Positions 1 through 9,854 of a DNA stretch of 64,000 bases are shown one piece after another. The DNA comes from Desulfobacterales bacterium. GTDB taxonomy: Bacteria; Desulfobacterota; Desulfobacteria; Desulfobacterales; UBA2174. Position numbers and translations under genes: made by a program. The stretch's first letter is position 1, and every line of letters starts with the position of its first letter. The notes under the pieces are model-generated. The model worked only from the letters and a program-made list of their open reading frames with translations, ran no database searches and was not told where the DNA came from. The stretch is from positions 96,001 to 160,000 of the forward strand of contig CAXXWC010000003.1 in NCBI GenBank assembly GCA_963668645.2, in the 5' to 3' direction.

Positions 1-1270
1 TCAACGTGGTCGGCGCCGGGACGCCGCCGACCAGGAAAATGAGATGGGTCGCGGTGAAGGTGGCAATCAGGTTCATCAACCCGACTTCCATGGCCACCGG
101 TGTTTTGAATTCCGGATCGACGATCCGCAGCAAGAGCAGCCCGCTGGCGGCCGTTCCGGTGCAGTAGCCGAACAGGGCCACCATCCGTTCAAAACTGAAG
201 TCGGCGATGCGACGGCCGAAATACATGATGATGATCAGCGTCAGAATGGCCACCACGACACAGACCAGGGTGAGCTGGACGATGTAGGTCAACACGACCG
301 TCAGCTTGACGGCCATCATGGTGGCCACGATGAGAAAATCGACCGTGGTGCCGGTCACCCGCCGCTGCACGTTATCGTCGATCAGATAGGCAATCTTGAG
401 TTTGCCCATGACAAAGCGCACCACCATCGCCACGAGCAGCCCCCAGAAAAAGATGAACCCGAAGGCCATCGCCTGCATGGGACCTTTGAACAGATAGGTC
501 TTGAGCAGGTAGCACACGATGTAGGCCAACCCGTAGGTCAGCCCCAGGATCGCCATGTGGATGGCCATCGTATCCACATTGGCCGGATGGGTGGTCAGTT
601 TCCCGGCGCTGTGGGACGTGTTGCGATCCAGGATGCCGGTGAGAAACTCGTTGGGCAGATCCTTGGGCGCGTTGGTGGCGTATCCCTTGCGCACCCCCCA
701 GTTGGCCAGCGGGACGCCGACAAAGGCCGCCACGAAAAAGCCGGCGGCCGCAAAACTCAGGCCGATGCTGATCGCATCGGGGATCTTGAAGGTGTTCTGC
801 CATACACTGGCGATGGCCAGGGTCTGGCCGGGCCCCTGGGTGTAGCCGTGACCGACGAGAAACCCGAGACCGGCATAGATCGGATCGAGAACCTGGTTGA
901 TCCCCATCACGACCCCGGCCCCGGCGATGGACTGGACACACAGCGAGACCGTCCAGACCAGGCCCATCCAGACCGAGCCCTTCAAAACGGTCTTGCCCAG
1001 GCCCTTCATGTTGCCGCCGCCGGTCAGACCGACCGAGACGAACCCGATGCTGAACAGGTGAAAGGCGATCAAGGCGAAGATGTTGTAACCGACCTTGATC
1101 CAGCCCAGGCTCATGACGACAAAACCGAGCACGCCGCCGATGAGGCAGGCCGGGAAAAGAAATTTCTGGAAAAATTTGATGCGCGCCCGCAGAAAAGTGC
1201 CGAGCAGCATAAAGCCCGACATCCAGGCAAAGGCGATCAACAGCGGCATAAATGACGCTTCAAGATTCAT
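1..1270 (-). CDS. Sodium:glutamate symporter (GltS/ESS family); 3' end runs off the window
   Basis: Missing from the ORF track because no stop falls in the window. My translation from ATG at 1270 (RBS AAAGGA upstream) gives MNLEASFMPLLIAFAWMSGFMLLGTFLRARIKFFQKFLFPACLIGG...GYTQGPGQ...FGYCTGTAASGLLLLRIVDPEFKTP, which is multi-TM and carries ESS-family motifs. Confidence 0.88.
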   Translation of the reverse strand, partial: MNLEASFMPLLIAFAWMSGFMLLGTFLRARIKFFQKFLFPACLIGGVLGFVVMSLGWIKVGYNIFALIAFHLFSIGFVSVGLTGGGNMKGLGKTVLKGSVWMGLVWTVSLCVQSIAGAGVVMGINQVLDPIYAGLGFLVGHGYTQGPGQTLAIASVWQNTFKIPDAISIGLSFAAAGFFVAAFVGVPLANWGVRKGYATNAPKDLPNEFLTGILDRNTSHSAGKLTTHPANVDTMAIHMAILGLTYGLAYIVCYLLKTYLFKGPMQAMAFGFIFFWGLLVAMVVRFVMGKLKIAYLIDDNVQRRVTGTTVDFLIVATMMAVKLTVVLTYIVQLTLVCVVVAILTLIIIMYFGRRIADFSFERMVALFGYCTGTAASGLLLLRIVDPEFKTPVAMEVGLMNLIATFTATHLIFLVGGVPAPTTL

Positions 1271-1346
1271 GAAAGGTTCCTTTTTGTTTTGAGTGACACC
1301 CGCCGGAGCGGCCCCGTGCTGCGGCCGCTCCGTAAGAGGGTCGGAT

Positions 1347-2957
1347 TCAGTCCACCCGATGGACGGTTTTCCCGCCCATCACGGTTTGAAGCACCTGAAT
1401 GTCCTTGATTCGCTCGGGTTCCACCGTGAGCGGATTGTCGGAAAGAAGGGCGAAATCGGCCAGTTTGCCAGGTTCGATGGATCCCTTGAGGTGCTCTTCG
1501 AAGCTGCAAAAGGCCGCATCGCAGGTGTAGGCCCGCAGGGCCTCCAGGGGGCTGATGCGCTGATCCGGGCCCAGCAGGTAGCCTTCGCGGGTGATCCGGT
1601 TGACGGCGCAGTACATCGAAAACAGCGGACTGGGGGGCGTAACCGGGTTGTCGGAGTGCAGGGTAAACTTCAGTCCCTGGTCCAGCGACGATTTCAGCGG
1701 GCTGATCCGCTCGGCCCGCTGCGGGCCGAGGAAGAGCTTGCGATGGCGATCGCCCCAGTAGTAGACGTGGCTGACGAAGTAGCTCGGCACCGCTCCGAGT
1801 TTTTTCATCCGGCGGATGTGATCTTCGCTGGCCGTCTGGCAGTGGATGATCATGTGACGGTGATCGGCGTGGTAAAATTCGTCCTGGGCGCGTTCCAGGG
1901 CGGTGATCACCGACTCGATGGCCGCATCCCCGTTGGCGTGGATGGCGATCTGCTGCCCGTTGCGGTGGGCCTGCGCCAACTGTTGGTCCAGGGTCGCCTG
2001 GGGCACGATCAGTGCCCCTTTCCAGCCGGGCTTGTTGTAGTAGTCATCTTTCAGTGCCCCGGTGAGTCCCTGGATGGAGCCGTCCTGAAAGTACTTGACC
2101 GATCCGATGCGCAGGATTTCGTCCCCGCTGCCGGTGCCGAAACCGAGCTTCTCGATGGCGTTGAACAGCTCGGCCATGATGGTCATGTAGACCCGCACGG
2201 TAAACTTTCCCTCCCGGGCCAGTTCCCGATAGGCGCGAATCAGGCGCGGCCCGTGGCCGTCATGACCGATGGCTGCATCGTGCACACTGGTGATCCCGTC
2301 GGCGTTGTAGCGGGCCATTTCCCGCACAAAGGCGGACTTCATCTGATTGAGGCCGAACGCCGGCACATGCTTGATGACGCTCTTGATGGCCATCTCCTTG
2401 AACAGCCCGGTGGGATTGCCCTGAGCGTCCTTGTCGATTTCACCGTCGGGCGGCTGGGGGGTGTCGCGGTCGATCCCTGCGATGGCCAGAGCCCGGGAAT
2501 TGACATAGGCCAGGTGGGCGCTGATATGCATGATGATCACCGGCAGGTCGGGGCAGGCCGCATCCAGATCCTGGACCGTCAGGTGCCGCTTTTCGGCCAC
2601 CGCCGTATCGTCGTAGTCGAAGCCCCAGACCCACTGATCCGCGGCCGTTTGGACCGCCCGGGCGCGCACGCTCTCGATGACATCGGGGATGGAAGGGCAG
2701 GCCCGCGCCGAGCAATCGGCCTTCTCGCCGTTCATGGCGGCCCACGACATGTGGCAATGCGTTTCGATGAATCCGGGAACGACGGTCCGCCCTTCGAGGT
2801 CGATCGTTTCCGTATAGTCGTCTGACAGCCGCAGCAGTTCCTCACCGGTGCCCACCGCGATGATCCGGTCGCCGAGGGTCGCCAGGGCCGTAGCCTGGGT
2901 GTCAGCCGGGTCCATCGTCAGCACAAATCCGTTGAAGTAGATCTTTCGGTCATCCAT
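1347..2957 (-). CDS. Metal-dependent amidohydrolase (Amidohydro_3 / YtcJ-like)
   Basis: Motifs DLEGRTVVPGFIETHCH, KYFQDGS, IHANGDAA, IIHCQ, HSDNP and GSIEPGKLADF. Start set at MDDRKIY with AGAGGA RBS. Confidence 0.92.
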   Translation of the reverse strand: MDDRKIYFNGFVLTMDPADTQATALATLGDRIIAVGTGEELLRLSDDYTETIDLEGRTVVPGFIETHCHMSWAAMNGEKADCSARACPSIPDVIESVRARAVQTAADQWVWGFDYDDTAVAEKRHLTVQDLDAACPDLPVIIMHISAHLAYVNSRALAIAGIDRDTPQPPDGEIDKDAQGNPTGLFKEMAIKSVIKHVPAFGLNQMKSAFVREMARYNADGITSVHDAAIGHDGHGPRLIRAYRELAREGKFTVRVYMTIMAELFNAIEKLGFGTGSGDEILRIGSVKYFQDGSIQGLTGALKDDYYNKPGWKGALIVPQATLDQQLAQAHRNGQQIAIHANGDAAIESVITALERAQDEFYHADHRHMIIHCQTASEDHIRRMKKLGAVPSYFVSHVYYWGDRHRKLFLGPQRAERISPLKSSLDQGLKFTLHSDNPVTPPSPLFSMYCAVNRITREGYLLGPDQRISPLEALRAYTCDAAFCSFEEHLKGSIEPGKLADFALLSDNPLTVEPERIKDIQVLQTVMGGKTVHRVD

Positions 2958-3041
2958 GATGGAAAATCCTCTCGGCGGACAGGCCGCAATCGAGTGTGAA
3001 ACCGGTCGGCGCTGTCCACCCTCAAGTGCTGTGATCACGCG

Positions 3042-4340
3042 TTAGAAGTAGAAACCGAAGTCGATTTTAAAGGTCGTGGCCCAGTCGTCGGAACCGGGAA
3101 AATAGGGGTTGGCGTAGTAGGCACCGGCAAACCCGTCGATCCCGCCGCCGCATGTCGGGAAGTTCTTCTGGCGCATGTAATCGATAAAAACCAGAAACTT
3201 GCCGGCCACCAGCATCATGCCCGTGGCGTTCATCTGCGAATCAGGCCAGTCATCGCGGTCCTTGACCATGATGTTGTAGTCGTTGTGGAAGCTGATGTGG
3301 GTGATCGGCCCCAGATCCACAGGCATGGTGTAGGCGATGTTGGCCGTGTAGAGATTGGCCCTGGTGGCGACGTAGAAGATGTCGAGGATGCCGTGGTACA
3401 GGATGGCGTCGTCGGAGGCCCCCTCCTGGTTGTTGGGGTTCAGATCATAGCTGACCGCTTCGAGCTGGATGTTCCACGGTCCGTAGTTGCCGTTGATATG
3501 CCCGCCGACGGCCCACCGGTCGCCGGTCCCTCCGTTATAGTTGTTGTAAATCTGACCCCACATGCCGTAGGCGCCGAACTCGGTGCGGTATCCGGGTTTG
3601 TGGTTCCAGGTATATGTGGCCTTGAGGTTAAACTGGTTCTCCTCTTCGTTGTTTTCCGACCCGGACGTATTGTACATGTTCGCTTTGGTGCCCGTTCCGG
3701 TCCTGTCGCCATTCATCCAGAAGTAGTAGTTGTGGTAGGTGTCGGCATACGACATGCTGGAGATGTCGTAGCTGTACCGGTCGTGGTTGTCGGGCCGCTT
3801 ATACTCGGTCGTCTTGAAAAAGCCGGCCTGTAAAGCCCAGGGTCCGGTCCTGTACTCGTACTTCACGCCGGTGTCGACATCGTTGTTGAAACCCAAATAG
3901 CGGTTGATGCTAGTGCCGATGTTGTGAAAATCGTACGGCTCGATGCCGAAAGGCACCTGGGTGATGCCTAAAGTGAGTTTATGGTTGTTCTTCTTGTAGC
4001 CGAACTCGGCGACCTTGATGTACTGGGTCTTACGCTGCTCAGCGTACTTGGCATTGACGAAGGTGCCGTTGTCAAAGTCGCCCTTGAAGCCGATGGAAAA
4101 CATCGTAAAGTCGAAGGTGCCGTCCCGCTCGTCCCAGGCGCTGTAATGGGCAACTTCCCCGGCGCCGATCAACTTATCCACATGGGTGGCTTTCACGTCG
4201 TTGTAGTCGTAGGTAAAACGAATGTCCCCTGTGAGTTGTATATTATCGTTGATGTTGATGGCGTTGCCGGCGGCAGGAAACACCAGGGCCCAAGCAAAAA
4301 AAACAATTGCAATCCAACTCAAGTTTCTGGCCGATCTCAT
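3042..4340 (-). CDS. Outer-membrane beta-barrel / porin-like protein
   Basis: Signal peptide (MRSARNLSWIAIVFFAWALVFPAAGNA), aromatic-rich alternating strands, C-terminal FKIDFGFYF barrel signal, and strong RBS GAGGAGG. Confidence 0.8.
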   Translation of the reverse strand: MRSARNLSWIAIVFFAWALVFPAAGNAININDNIQLTGDIRFTYDYNDVKATHVDKLIGAGEVAHYSAWDERDGTFDFTMFSIGFKGDFDNGTFVNAKYAEQRKTQYIKVAEFGYKKNNHKLTLGITQVPFGIEPYDFHNIGTSINRYLGFNNDVDTGVKYEYRTGPWALQAGFFKTTEYKRPDNHDRYSYDISSMSYADTYHNYYFWMNGDRTGTGTKANMYNTSGSENNEEENQFNLKATYTWNHKPGYRTEFGAYGMWGQIYNNYNGGTGDRWAVGGHINGNYGPWNIQLEAVSYDLNPNNQEGASDDAILYHGILDIFYVATRANLYTANIAYTMPVDLGPITHISFHNDYNIMVKDRDDWPDSQMNATGMMLVAGKFLVFIDYMRQKNFPTCGGGIDGFAGAYYANPYFPGSDDWATTFKIDFGFYF

Positions 4341-4441
4341 TGCTGTCCTCCTCACGATTCTCCTTAAAAAATGTTTTGCAGATAGCTGCCTTCGCCGAAG
4401 CATCTGGGCCACAACTGCAGCAGATGCCGATGCGGTGCCTG

Positions 4442-4457
4442 TACAAATTGTGTGCCA
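4442..4457 (-). promoter_or_regulatory. Probable sigma-54 (-24/-12) promoter of the porin-amidohydrolase-symporter operon
   Basis: Minus strand reads TGGCACACAATTTGTA: perfect -24 TGGCAC, then GG-N10-GT, one mismatch at -12. An AT-rich IHF-like tract lies ~100 bp upstream (4555-4575). Confidence 0.6.
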
Positions 4458-5030
4458 TGTTCCGGCCGCAAGCCGGCTCGAAGGGACGGCCAACCGTTGC
4501 GAACCGATGCGCCGGACAGAGGACCACGAAGGGGGCACGGGGGACGCTTTTCGGAAATATCAAATTAAATTATGGCGCTTTCCGCCCCTGGCGACACAGA
4601 CCGCCACCGGCCGGTTGGCGCCCTGCCGCGAAGACAAGCGGAAAGTTGAAAAATGACGATCCGGCCGGATGCAGGTTGGGCCATTGGGTTGCGGTTGGAT
4701 TCGCTAAAAACGGACGAACGTCCACATAAAACGAACGCCCGTCCGATAATAGCGAACCGCCGGCCAACACCTCCGGTAAAGACAGCGGTATAAAAACAGG
4801 AAAAAGCGCAGGCGGGATTGAAAAACACAAAAGGGTTGAGCGCGGACATTCACGCTACAGCCCAAAACCAGCACCTATCTTTTTTAGTGATGTCGAAAAA
4901 AGGAACACAGGCTCGCAGGCCCAAAAATGCGCCCCACAGGACAATCGGCCGGGAACCGTGAGGGCACACCGGCCGAGGTCAACGGGCTCTGCCGGTCCGT
5001 CCCCTCTGGCAACGGTCCGGCGACCGGTTA

Positions 5031-5549
5031 TCACCAGTCGTTCTGGGCCCTGGCATTCTTCAACTGCTTGACGATCCGGTCTCCGAAATTCAACAATTCT
5101 GCCTTGATCGCATCGAGATCGCCCCTGGTGACCGGAGGCGACATCTGATCCTGTTGATAGTAAACCCCAGGATCCTTTTCCGGGCAGAAAATTTTCAACT
5201 CATTGAAAATCAGACGAAATTTTTCACTCTTGACATCCAGCCGCATCGTGAAGCCGACCTCCCAGTCGTTTTTAGAAATACAACTGAGGCCTTCACAGGG
5301 GTAGCGCACCTTCCCTTTTGCAATCATCACCCCACGGGACCTGTCATCGACTTCGATAACCGCCTTGGGAGACCGCAAATTGTCGGTGATCCAGATCTCG
5401 GCCGCATCGAAGATCTTATCCTTCTCAAATCCGGCGGCGTCGAAGACCTTCATGAAGGATTGATCCTCTCGGCTGACCCGATCCAGGCTGGCGCATCCAC
5501 CGATAAACATAAAAATAACTGCACTTATAACAAGATATCGTTTTGCCAT
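5031..5549 (-). CDS. Lipoprotein, DUF4468-like
   Basis: Lipobox IGGC after MAKRYLVISAVIFMF. The segments KAVIEVDDRSRGVMIAKG and FTMRLDVKSEKFRLIF resemble DUF4468. RBS GAAAGGAAGG. Confidence 0.7.
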   Translation of the reverse strand: MAKRYLVISAVIFMFIGGCASLDRVSREDQSFMKVFDAAGFEKDKIFDAAEIWITDNLRSPKAVIEVDDRSRGVMIAKGKVRYPCEGLSCISKNDWEVGFTMRLDVKSEKFRLIFNELKIFCPEKDPGVYYQQDQMSPPVTRGDLDAIKAELLNFGDRIVKQLKNARAQNDW

Positions 5550-6103
5550 CGATCCCTTCCTTTCACGCTGTCGCTTACCGTCTCTTTTCCACGTCCACGG
5601 ATCGCGAGGGCGACATCTTAAGGCCGCCATGAACGATCAGTGCCACCCATAGATTAAGTATTGACTTAAATTGCTACCAGGCCTCCTTTCCTATGTCAAA
5701 TCCTTTGCATCGCCAATCGTCGCCATTGATCGACGTTTCAATGCGCGGCGCCGTCCGTCTCATCTTTCAGGCAAGCATCTTCCGCGCCACTTCGGTTTAA
5801 TGACTTTCGCTATCCTCAACGTTCGAGCCGGGCGTGAACACGCAAAGGGGAAAATGGGCAGGATCCGGGATGTGCAGATATTGGGTTTCTTGTATAAAAT
5901 GGGCGCACCCGACCCGGTTTAGGCCGGGGCTTGAATATCGGGATCGGTGTGGGCACCTGCCGATATCCGGTCCGCGCGCATGATTACCAGAAACGATTGA
6001 AGTATGTGGCTTTTTTTTATAAGCGGATGTAAAGCGGCGCCGGCGGCCGCAAATCCGGGCGCAGGAACAGCTGCGCCGCACTCGCGGCCAGGTCCGTGGC
6101 AGG

Positions 6104-7684
6104 TCAATAGCGCAGAAAAACCCGATAGAGAATCCGGGTTTCACCGGCTTCGGTGGATACGCCATCCTCGAGGGGCTGGGCCACATCGACACTCATATCG
6201 AGGTATCCTTTCCAGTTCCAGCGCAGGCCGATTCCGACGCCATAAGCCTCCTGGCGACCATCTACTCCCGTATGGGGCCGACGGCGATAAACCTGGCCGG
6301 CATCGGCGAACAGTACCAGTCGCGAATCGAAGACCAGGGGTGGGCTCCAGGCCTCGAGGCTGGCCTGAACACCGCAGTCGCCGGTTACTTCCCGCTCTTC
6401 ATAGCCGCGCACCGAGGCGCTGCCGCCGATCCCGAACTGCTCCCCGGGGATCAACGGTTCGTCGCTGTACTGGCCGTCGATGTGGGCCCGCACCTGATAA
6501 TCGCCGGGCAAGGTCCAGCGCAGATCCCCCCCGCCGTTGAACTTGTTCCAGTTGGCATCGGCCCCTTCCCGGTTGGCGAGGTAGTTGGCCGAATCGTTGC
6601 GGCTGCCGAAACCGGTGTTGAACCCCCAGGCCGCATATCCCCCGAGGCTCAGGTTCTTCGGTTCGTAAAGGAAGCTGTAGCGGAAGCTCACCGGTGTGGA
6701 GCGCACGTCCGGAAGCAGCAAGGTTCCCACGAACTTGGTTTCGTTATCGAAAAATCGGTCCTGATATCCGACGGCAAGCTTGTGATTGAAGACGCCGATG
6801 GGCGTCAGGGTATGGGTGGCGGTCAGGCCGTAGAACTGACCTCGCCCACTGACGTCGAAAAAGCTGCCGATGCGCCCCTGGTCAACTTCCGAATAGGAGT
6901 AGAAGGCCTCCAGTTCGGTGGCAATGGCATAGAGCGGAAGCCGATAGTCAACGCCGTACTGGTTGACATCATGCACGCTCTCGGGCGATGTCGTATAGGT
7001 GGCGGTCAGGATATGGTCCCGGTTGAAAAGGTTGCTGTACTGCACCCCAAGCGCCGCACGGGTGCGCGCCGGATCGCGGGTGCCGGTATTGTTCAAACTG
7101 CCGAACATGGTGTAGGGCCGGGCATCTCTCACCACCACCCGGGCATCGATCCCCTCGCTTTTTGCCGCCTGTTTGACGAAGACCGCCACCCGCCTGGCCG
7201 GATGCTGGTTGGCGAATTGCAGCGCCCGTGCCACGTCCAGGGTGCTGGGCGACCGGCCGGGTTGAAGCGGGGGCAGACTCCGCAAAATGTTGGGTTCATC
7301 GAAGTGCTGATTCTCTTCGATGCGGATCTCTTTGAGTGGGTACCCGACAACCCTCAATTGGACCCGCCCGTCGACGATCCGCTGGGGTGGCAACAAGACC
7401 TTGTGAAACGGGTAGCCCGCATCCAGAAAGGCGGACTGAAGCGCCCCGGCCGCCGCTTCCAGGTCGGCAAAAACCAGCGGCCTTGCGGTATAGGGTTTGA
7501 GTGCTTTCTCGACTTTGCCAGCAGCGATGGGACTTTGGCCGTCGATGATAAATTCTTTCACCGTAAATCGGATTGCACCGTCATCGGCGCAGGCGGGGAA
7601 AAAGGGCTGAGACAGGACCAACAAAACCCCCAGTGCGAGGATCCAGGAGATCCGACCGTTATTCAGGTTCAGCGAATTTCGCAC
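6104..7684 (-). CDS. TpsB outer-membrane transporter (ShlB/FhaC/HecB family)
   Basis: Signal peptide, POTRA-like N-terminus (LDAGYPFHKVLLPPQRIVDGRVQLRV), L6 motif FGIGGSASVRGYE, and a C-terminal barrel ending ...VFLRY. Confidence 0.93.
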   Translation of the reverse strand: MRNSLNLNNGRISWILALGVLLVLSQPFFPACADDGAIRFTVKEFIIDGQSPIAAGKVEKALKPYTARPLVFADLEAAAGALQSAFLDAGYPFHKVLLPPQRIVDGRVQLRVVGYPLKEIRIEENQHFDEPNILRSLPPLQPGRSPSTLDVARALQFANQHPARRVAVFVKQAAKSEGIDARVVVRDARPYTMFGSLNNTGTRDPARTRAALGVQYSNLFNRDHILTATYTTSPESVHDVNQYGVDYRLPLYAIATELEAFYSYSEVDQGRIGSFFDVSGRGQFYGLTATHTLTPIGVFNHKLAVGYQDRFFDNETKFVGTLLLPDVRSTPVSFRYSFLYEPKNLSLGGYAAWGFNTGFGSRNDSANYLANREGADANWNKFNGGGDLRWTLPGDYQVRAHIDGQYSDEPLIPGEQFGIGGSASVRGYEEREVTGDCGVQASLEAWSPPLVFDSRLVLFADAGQVYRRRPHTGVDGRQEAYGVGIGLRWNWKGYLDMSVDVAQPLEDGVSTEAGETRILYRVFLRY

Positions 7685-9783
7685 TCGGTCTCCTTTCTGG
7701 TGCCGGCATCTTGGAAATCTTCGAACAACCGCTCGCCCGTGTATCCCGCATCCTCACCTGCCCGGGCTGGGCTCGGATACGGATCGAGAATCAGAAACAG
7801 GGGTTGATTGGCCAGCCTTACCGGCCGGCCGGGCTCGAAAGCCGCGAAACCGGCCTCCCCTTTGCCGATAAAGACTTCGCCGAACGCGTTGGAAAGAACC
7901 ACGTCCCCGTCATACACCCCGACGTAAAGACCGGGCTGGCTTCCGGCCAGGGCCAGGGCCTCGAAAAGCCGATCCAGATCCACCGGCACCCGATCCGGCC
8001 GCGGGGCCGGGCTCTGGCGGATAAAGACCGGCGGTGATGTCATCCGCTGCGGGGCCTGGGCCCCACCGTCGTACCGGTAGGTCTCGCCCGCCCGGACAGA
8101 AAGGGTGTGGTCGCCTGCGGTGGTCAAAATCACCTCGCCGTCCCAGGTGCTGAGAATGAGAACGGGCGGTTGAGCCTCATACGGCGCAAAGCTGGAAAAA
8201 AGGCTTTCAAGATCCACGCTCAACTGATCGGGACGCGGCGCGGGCAGCTGATCCAGGATTGGCGGAGCCTGGGGCAGCAAAACCGGCGCCAGGCGGAACG
8301 AGGCCACCCGGGCGACCTGCCCGGCTTTGACCAAGGTCTCGCCGCTGGCGTTGGTCAGCGAGATGACACCTTCCCATACCCGTGCTATCAGGCCTGAATT
8401 TTCGTTGCCGGCCAGTCCTTGGTTGCGGGGCCCCGCCCCCTGGTCGGAGCGGCAGGCACCGGTGCACAACAGATCGAAACCGGTCCCCCTCACCCCGAGA
8501 ACCGCCGTTGCCGTCTGAACGGTAAACTTGCTGGTCCGCTTGGCCAGCCAGCCGGTGAGCATCCGCGCTCCCCCGGATAAAAGCCGAAAGACGCCGGTCT
8601 CTTCCCGGCCGCCGGCATAATGGTACTGACTGACTTCAAACCGTGTTGCGGGTTGAAGCGAAAGCCTGCTGTCGTCGCGGAAAACCACCACCGCCACCGC
8701 GTCCGGCCCGGTTTGCAGGATGTCCCCGGCCAGAATCCCGTCTCCTCTTTGCAGGCTGCGGGAAGGGTGGCCGGGCTGCTCGGCGCTCATGGCGCCCTGC
8801 AAAAGGAGTAGGCGCCCCACCATCGGCACCGGCTGATCGGTGGACGACTCACACGGGACCTGGCAGAGGTTGAGGTCGAAACCGGTCCCGCGCACACCGG
8901 CCACTGCGGTGGGTGTGGCGACCCGGAACCGATCCGGCCGGCTCTTGGCGATGGCGCCGGTGAGCATGCGCATACCGCCGCGAATCAGCCGTAAAAAAGA
9001 GCTTTGGGTCGAGGCGGGATCTTCCTTGCGGTAGGCGTAGTCTTCGACGAAAAAGACCGTATCCGCCTGGAGGGTAATCCGGCTGTCATCCTGGAATGCC
9101 ACCACGGCAAAACTGTCGATCCCGGTTTCCAGCCGATCCTTCTGGAATACGGCCGCACCAAGGCTCATGGAACGCGCGCGCCCGTCAGGCTCCACGGCGG
9201 CCAAATGCCCCTGAACCTGCACCACTCTGCCGATGGTCAGCGCTCCCGGACGGGCCGCCGGAGTTCGCCCCGGGGCTGTTTCGCCGCTGCAATCGCCCTC
9301 GCAGATCCGGGCATCGAACTCGGTCCCCCGGATGCGCATCTCGGCCAGCGGCGTCACCAGTCTCAGGCTTTCTCCTTTGGTCTGCCTGGCCCACCATCCG
9401 CGGACAGACCGAATCCCTCCGCGCAACAAGTGGCCTGCAAGCAACGGCGTTCGGGATTCGGAGACGAGTCTTTTCAGTGTGAAACGGGTCCCCGGACGCA
9501 GTGTCATCCTCGAGCCATCCGCGAGCCCGATCTCACCGTAGCCGTGTTCTCCGGTCACCAGGGTGTCGCCAAGCCGCAACCGATTCCCTGCCCCCAGAAC
9601 ATCGATGGATCCGTCGGGATGCACGGCACTCATCAAACCGCGAACCGCCATCACCTTGCCGGCATCACCTTGATTCGAATCCGCCGCTGCCAGGACAGAT
9701 CCCCATGCGGCCATACAAACCACCGCCACGGTTACCATCACCAGAGAAAAAAACCTATTTTGAGGGGCCATGGTCTCTTTCAC
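7669..9783 (-). CDS. Exported protein with three tandem FecR-like domains
   Basis: Signal/TM N-terminus. Three copies of G(K/R)V...GD.L.TG...D.SR..L...T.F...TP(T/L)A..(G)(V/I)RGT.FD, each followed by CxxxC. Start is GTG 9783 or ATG 9771. Overlaps the tpsB start by 16 nt. Confidence 0.85.
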   Translation of the reverse strand: MKETMAPQNRFFSLVMVTVAVVCMAAWGSVLAAADSNQGDAGKVMAVRGLMSAVHPDGSIDVLGAGNRLRLGDTLVTGEHGYGEIGLADGSRMTLRPGTRFTLKRLVSESRTPLLAGHLLRGGIRSVRGWWARQTKGESLRLVTPLAEMRIRGTEFDARICEGDCSGETAPGRTPAARPGALTIGRVVQVQGHLAAVEPDGRARSMSLGAAVFQKDRLETGIDSFAVVAFQDDSRITLQADTVFFVEDYAYRKEDPASTQSSFLRLIRGGMRMLTGAIAKSRPDRFRVATPTAVAGVRGTGFDLNLCQVPCESSTDQPVPMVGRLLLLQGAMSAEQPGHPSRSLQRGDGILAGDILQTGPDAVAVVVFRDDSRLSLQPATRFEVSQYHYAGGREETGVFRLLSGGARMLTGWLAKRTSKFTVQTATAVLGVRGTGFDLLCTGACRSDQGAGPRNQGLAGNENSGLIARVWEGVISLTNASGETLVKAGQVARVASFRLAPVLLPQAPPILDQLPAPRPDQLSVDLESLFSSFAPYEAQPPVLILSTWDGEVILTTAGDHTLSVRAGETYRYDGGAQAPQRMTSPPVFIRQSPAPRPDRVPVDLDRLFEALALAGSQPGLYVGVYDGDVVLSNAFGEVFIGKGEAGFAAFEPGRPVRLANQPLFLILDPYPSPARAGEDAGYTGERLFEDFQDAGTRKETECEIR

Positions 9784-9854
9784 CCGAGGGGTCCCGGCCT
9801 TCGCGTTATCCTATCGCTTGGGGCCGATGGTTGCCGTTGCGATCCATCCACCGC

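Noticed and set aside
44..2825. Long plus-strand ORFs 44..1255 and 1293..2825
   Set aside because: Antisense shadows of the symporter and amidohydrolase with no motifs; expected in GC-rich DNA.
5640..6100. Short ORFs and a TTAAGT-N4-ACTTAA palindrome between tpsB and the lipoprotein gene
   Set aside because: The ORFs lack an RBS or motifs, and a single short palindrome is too weak to call.
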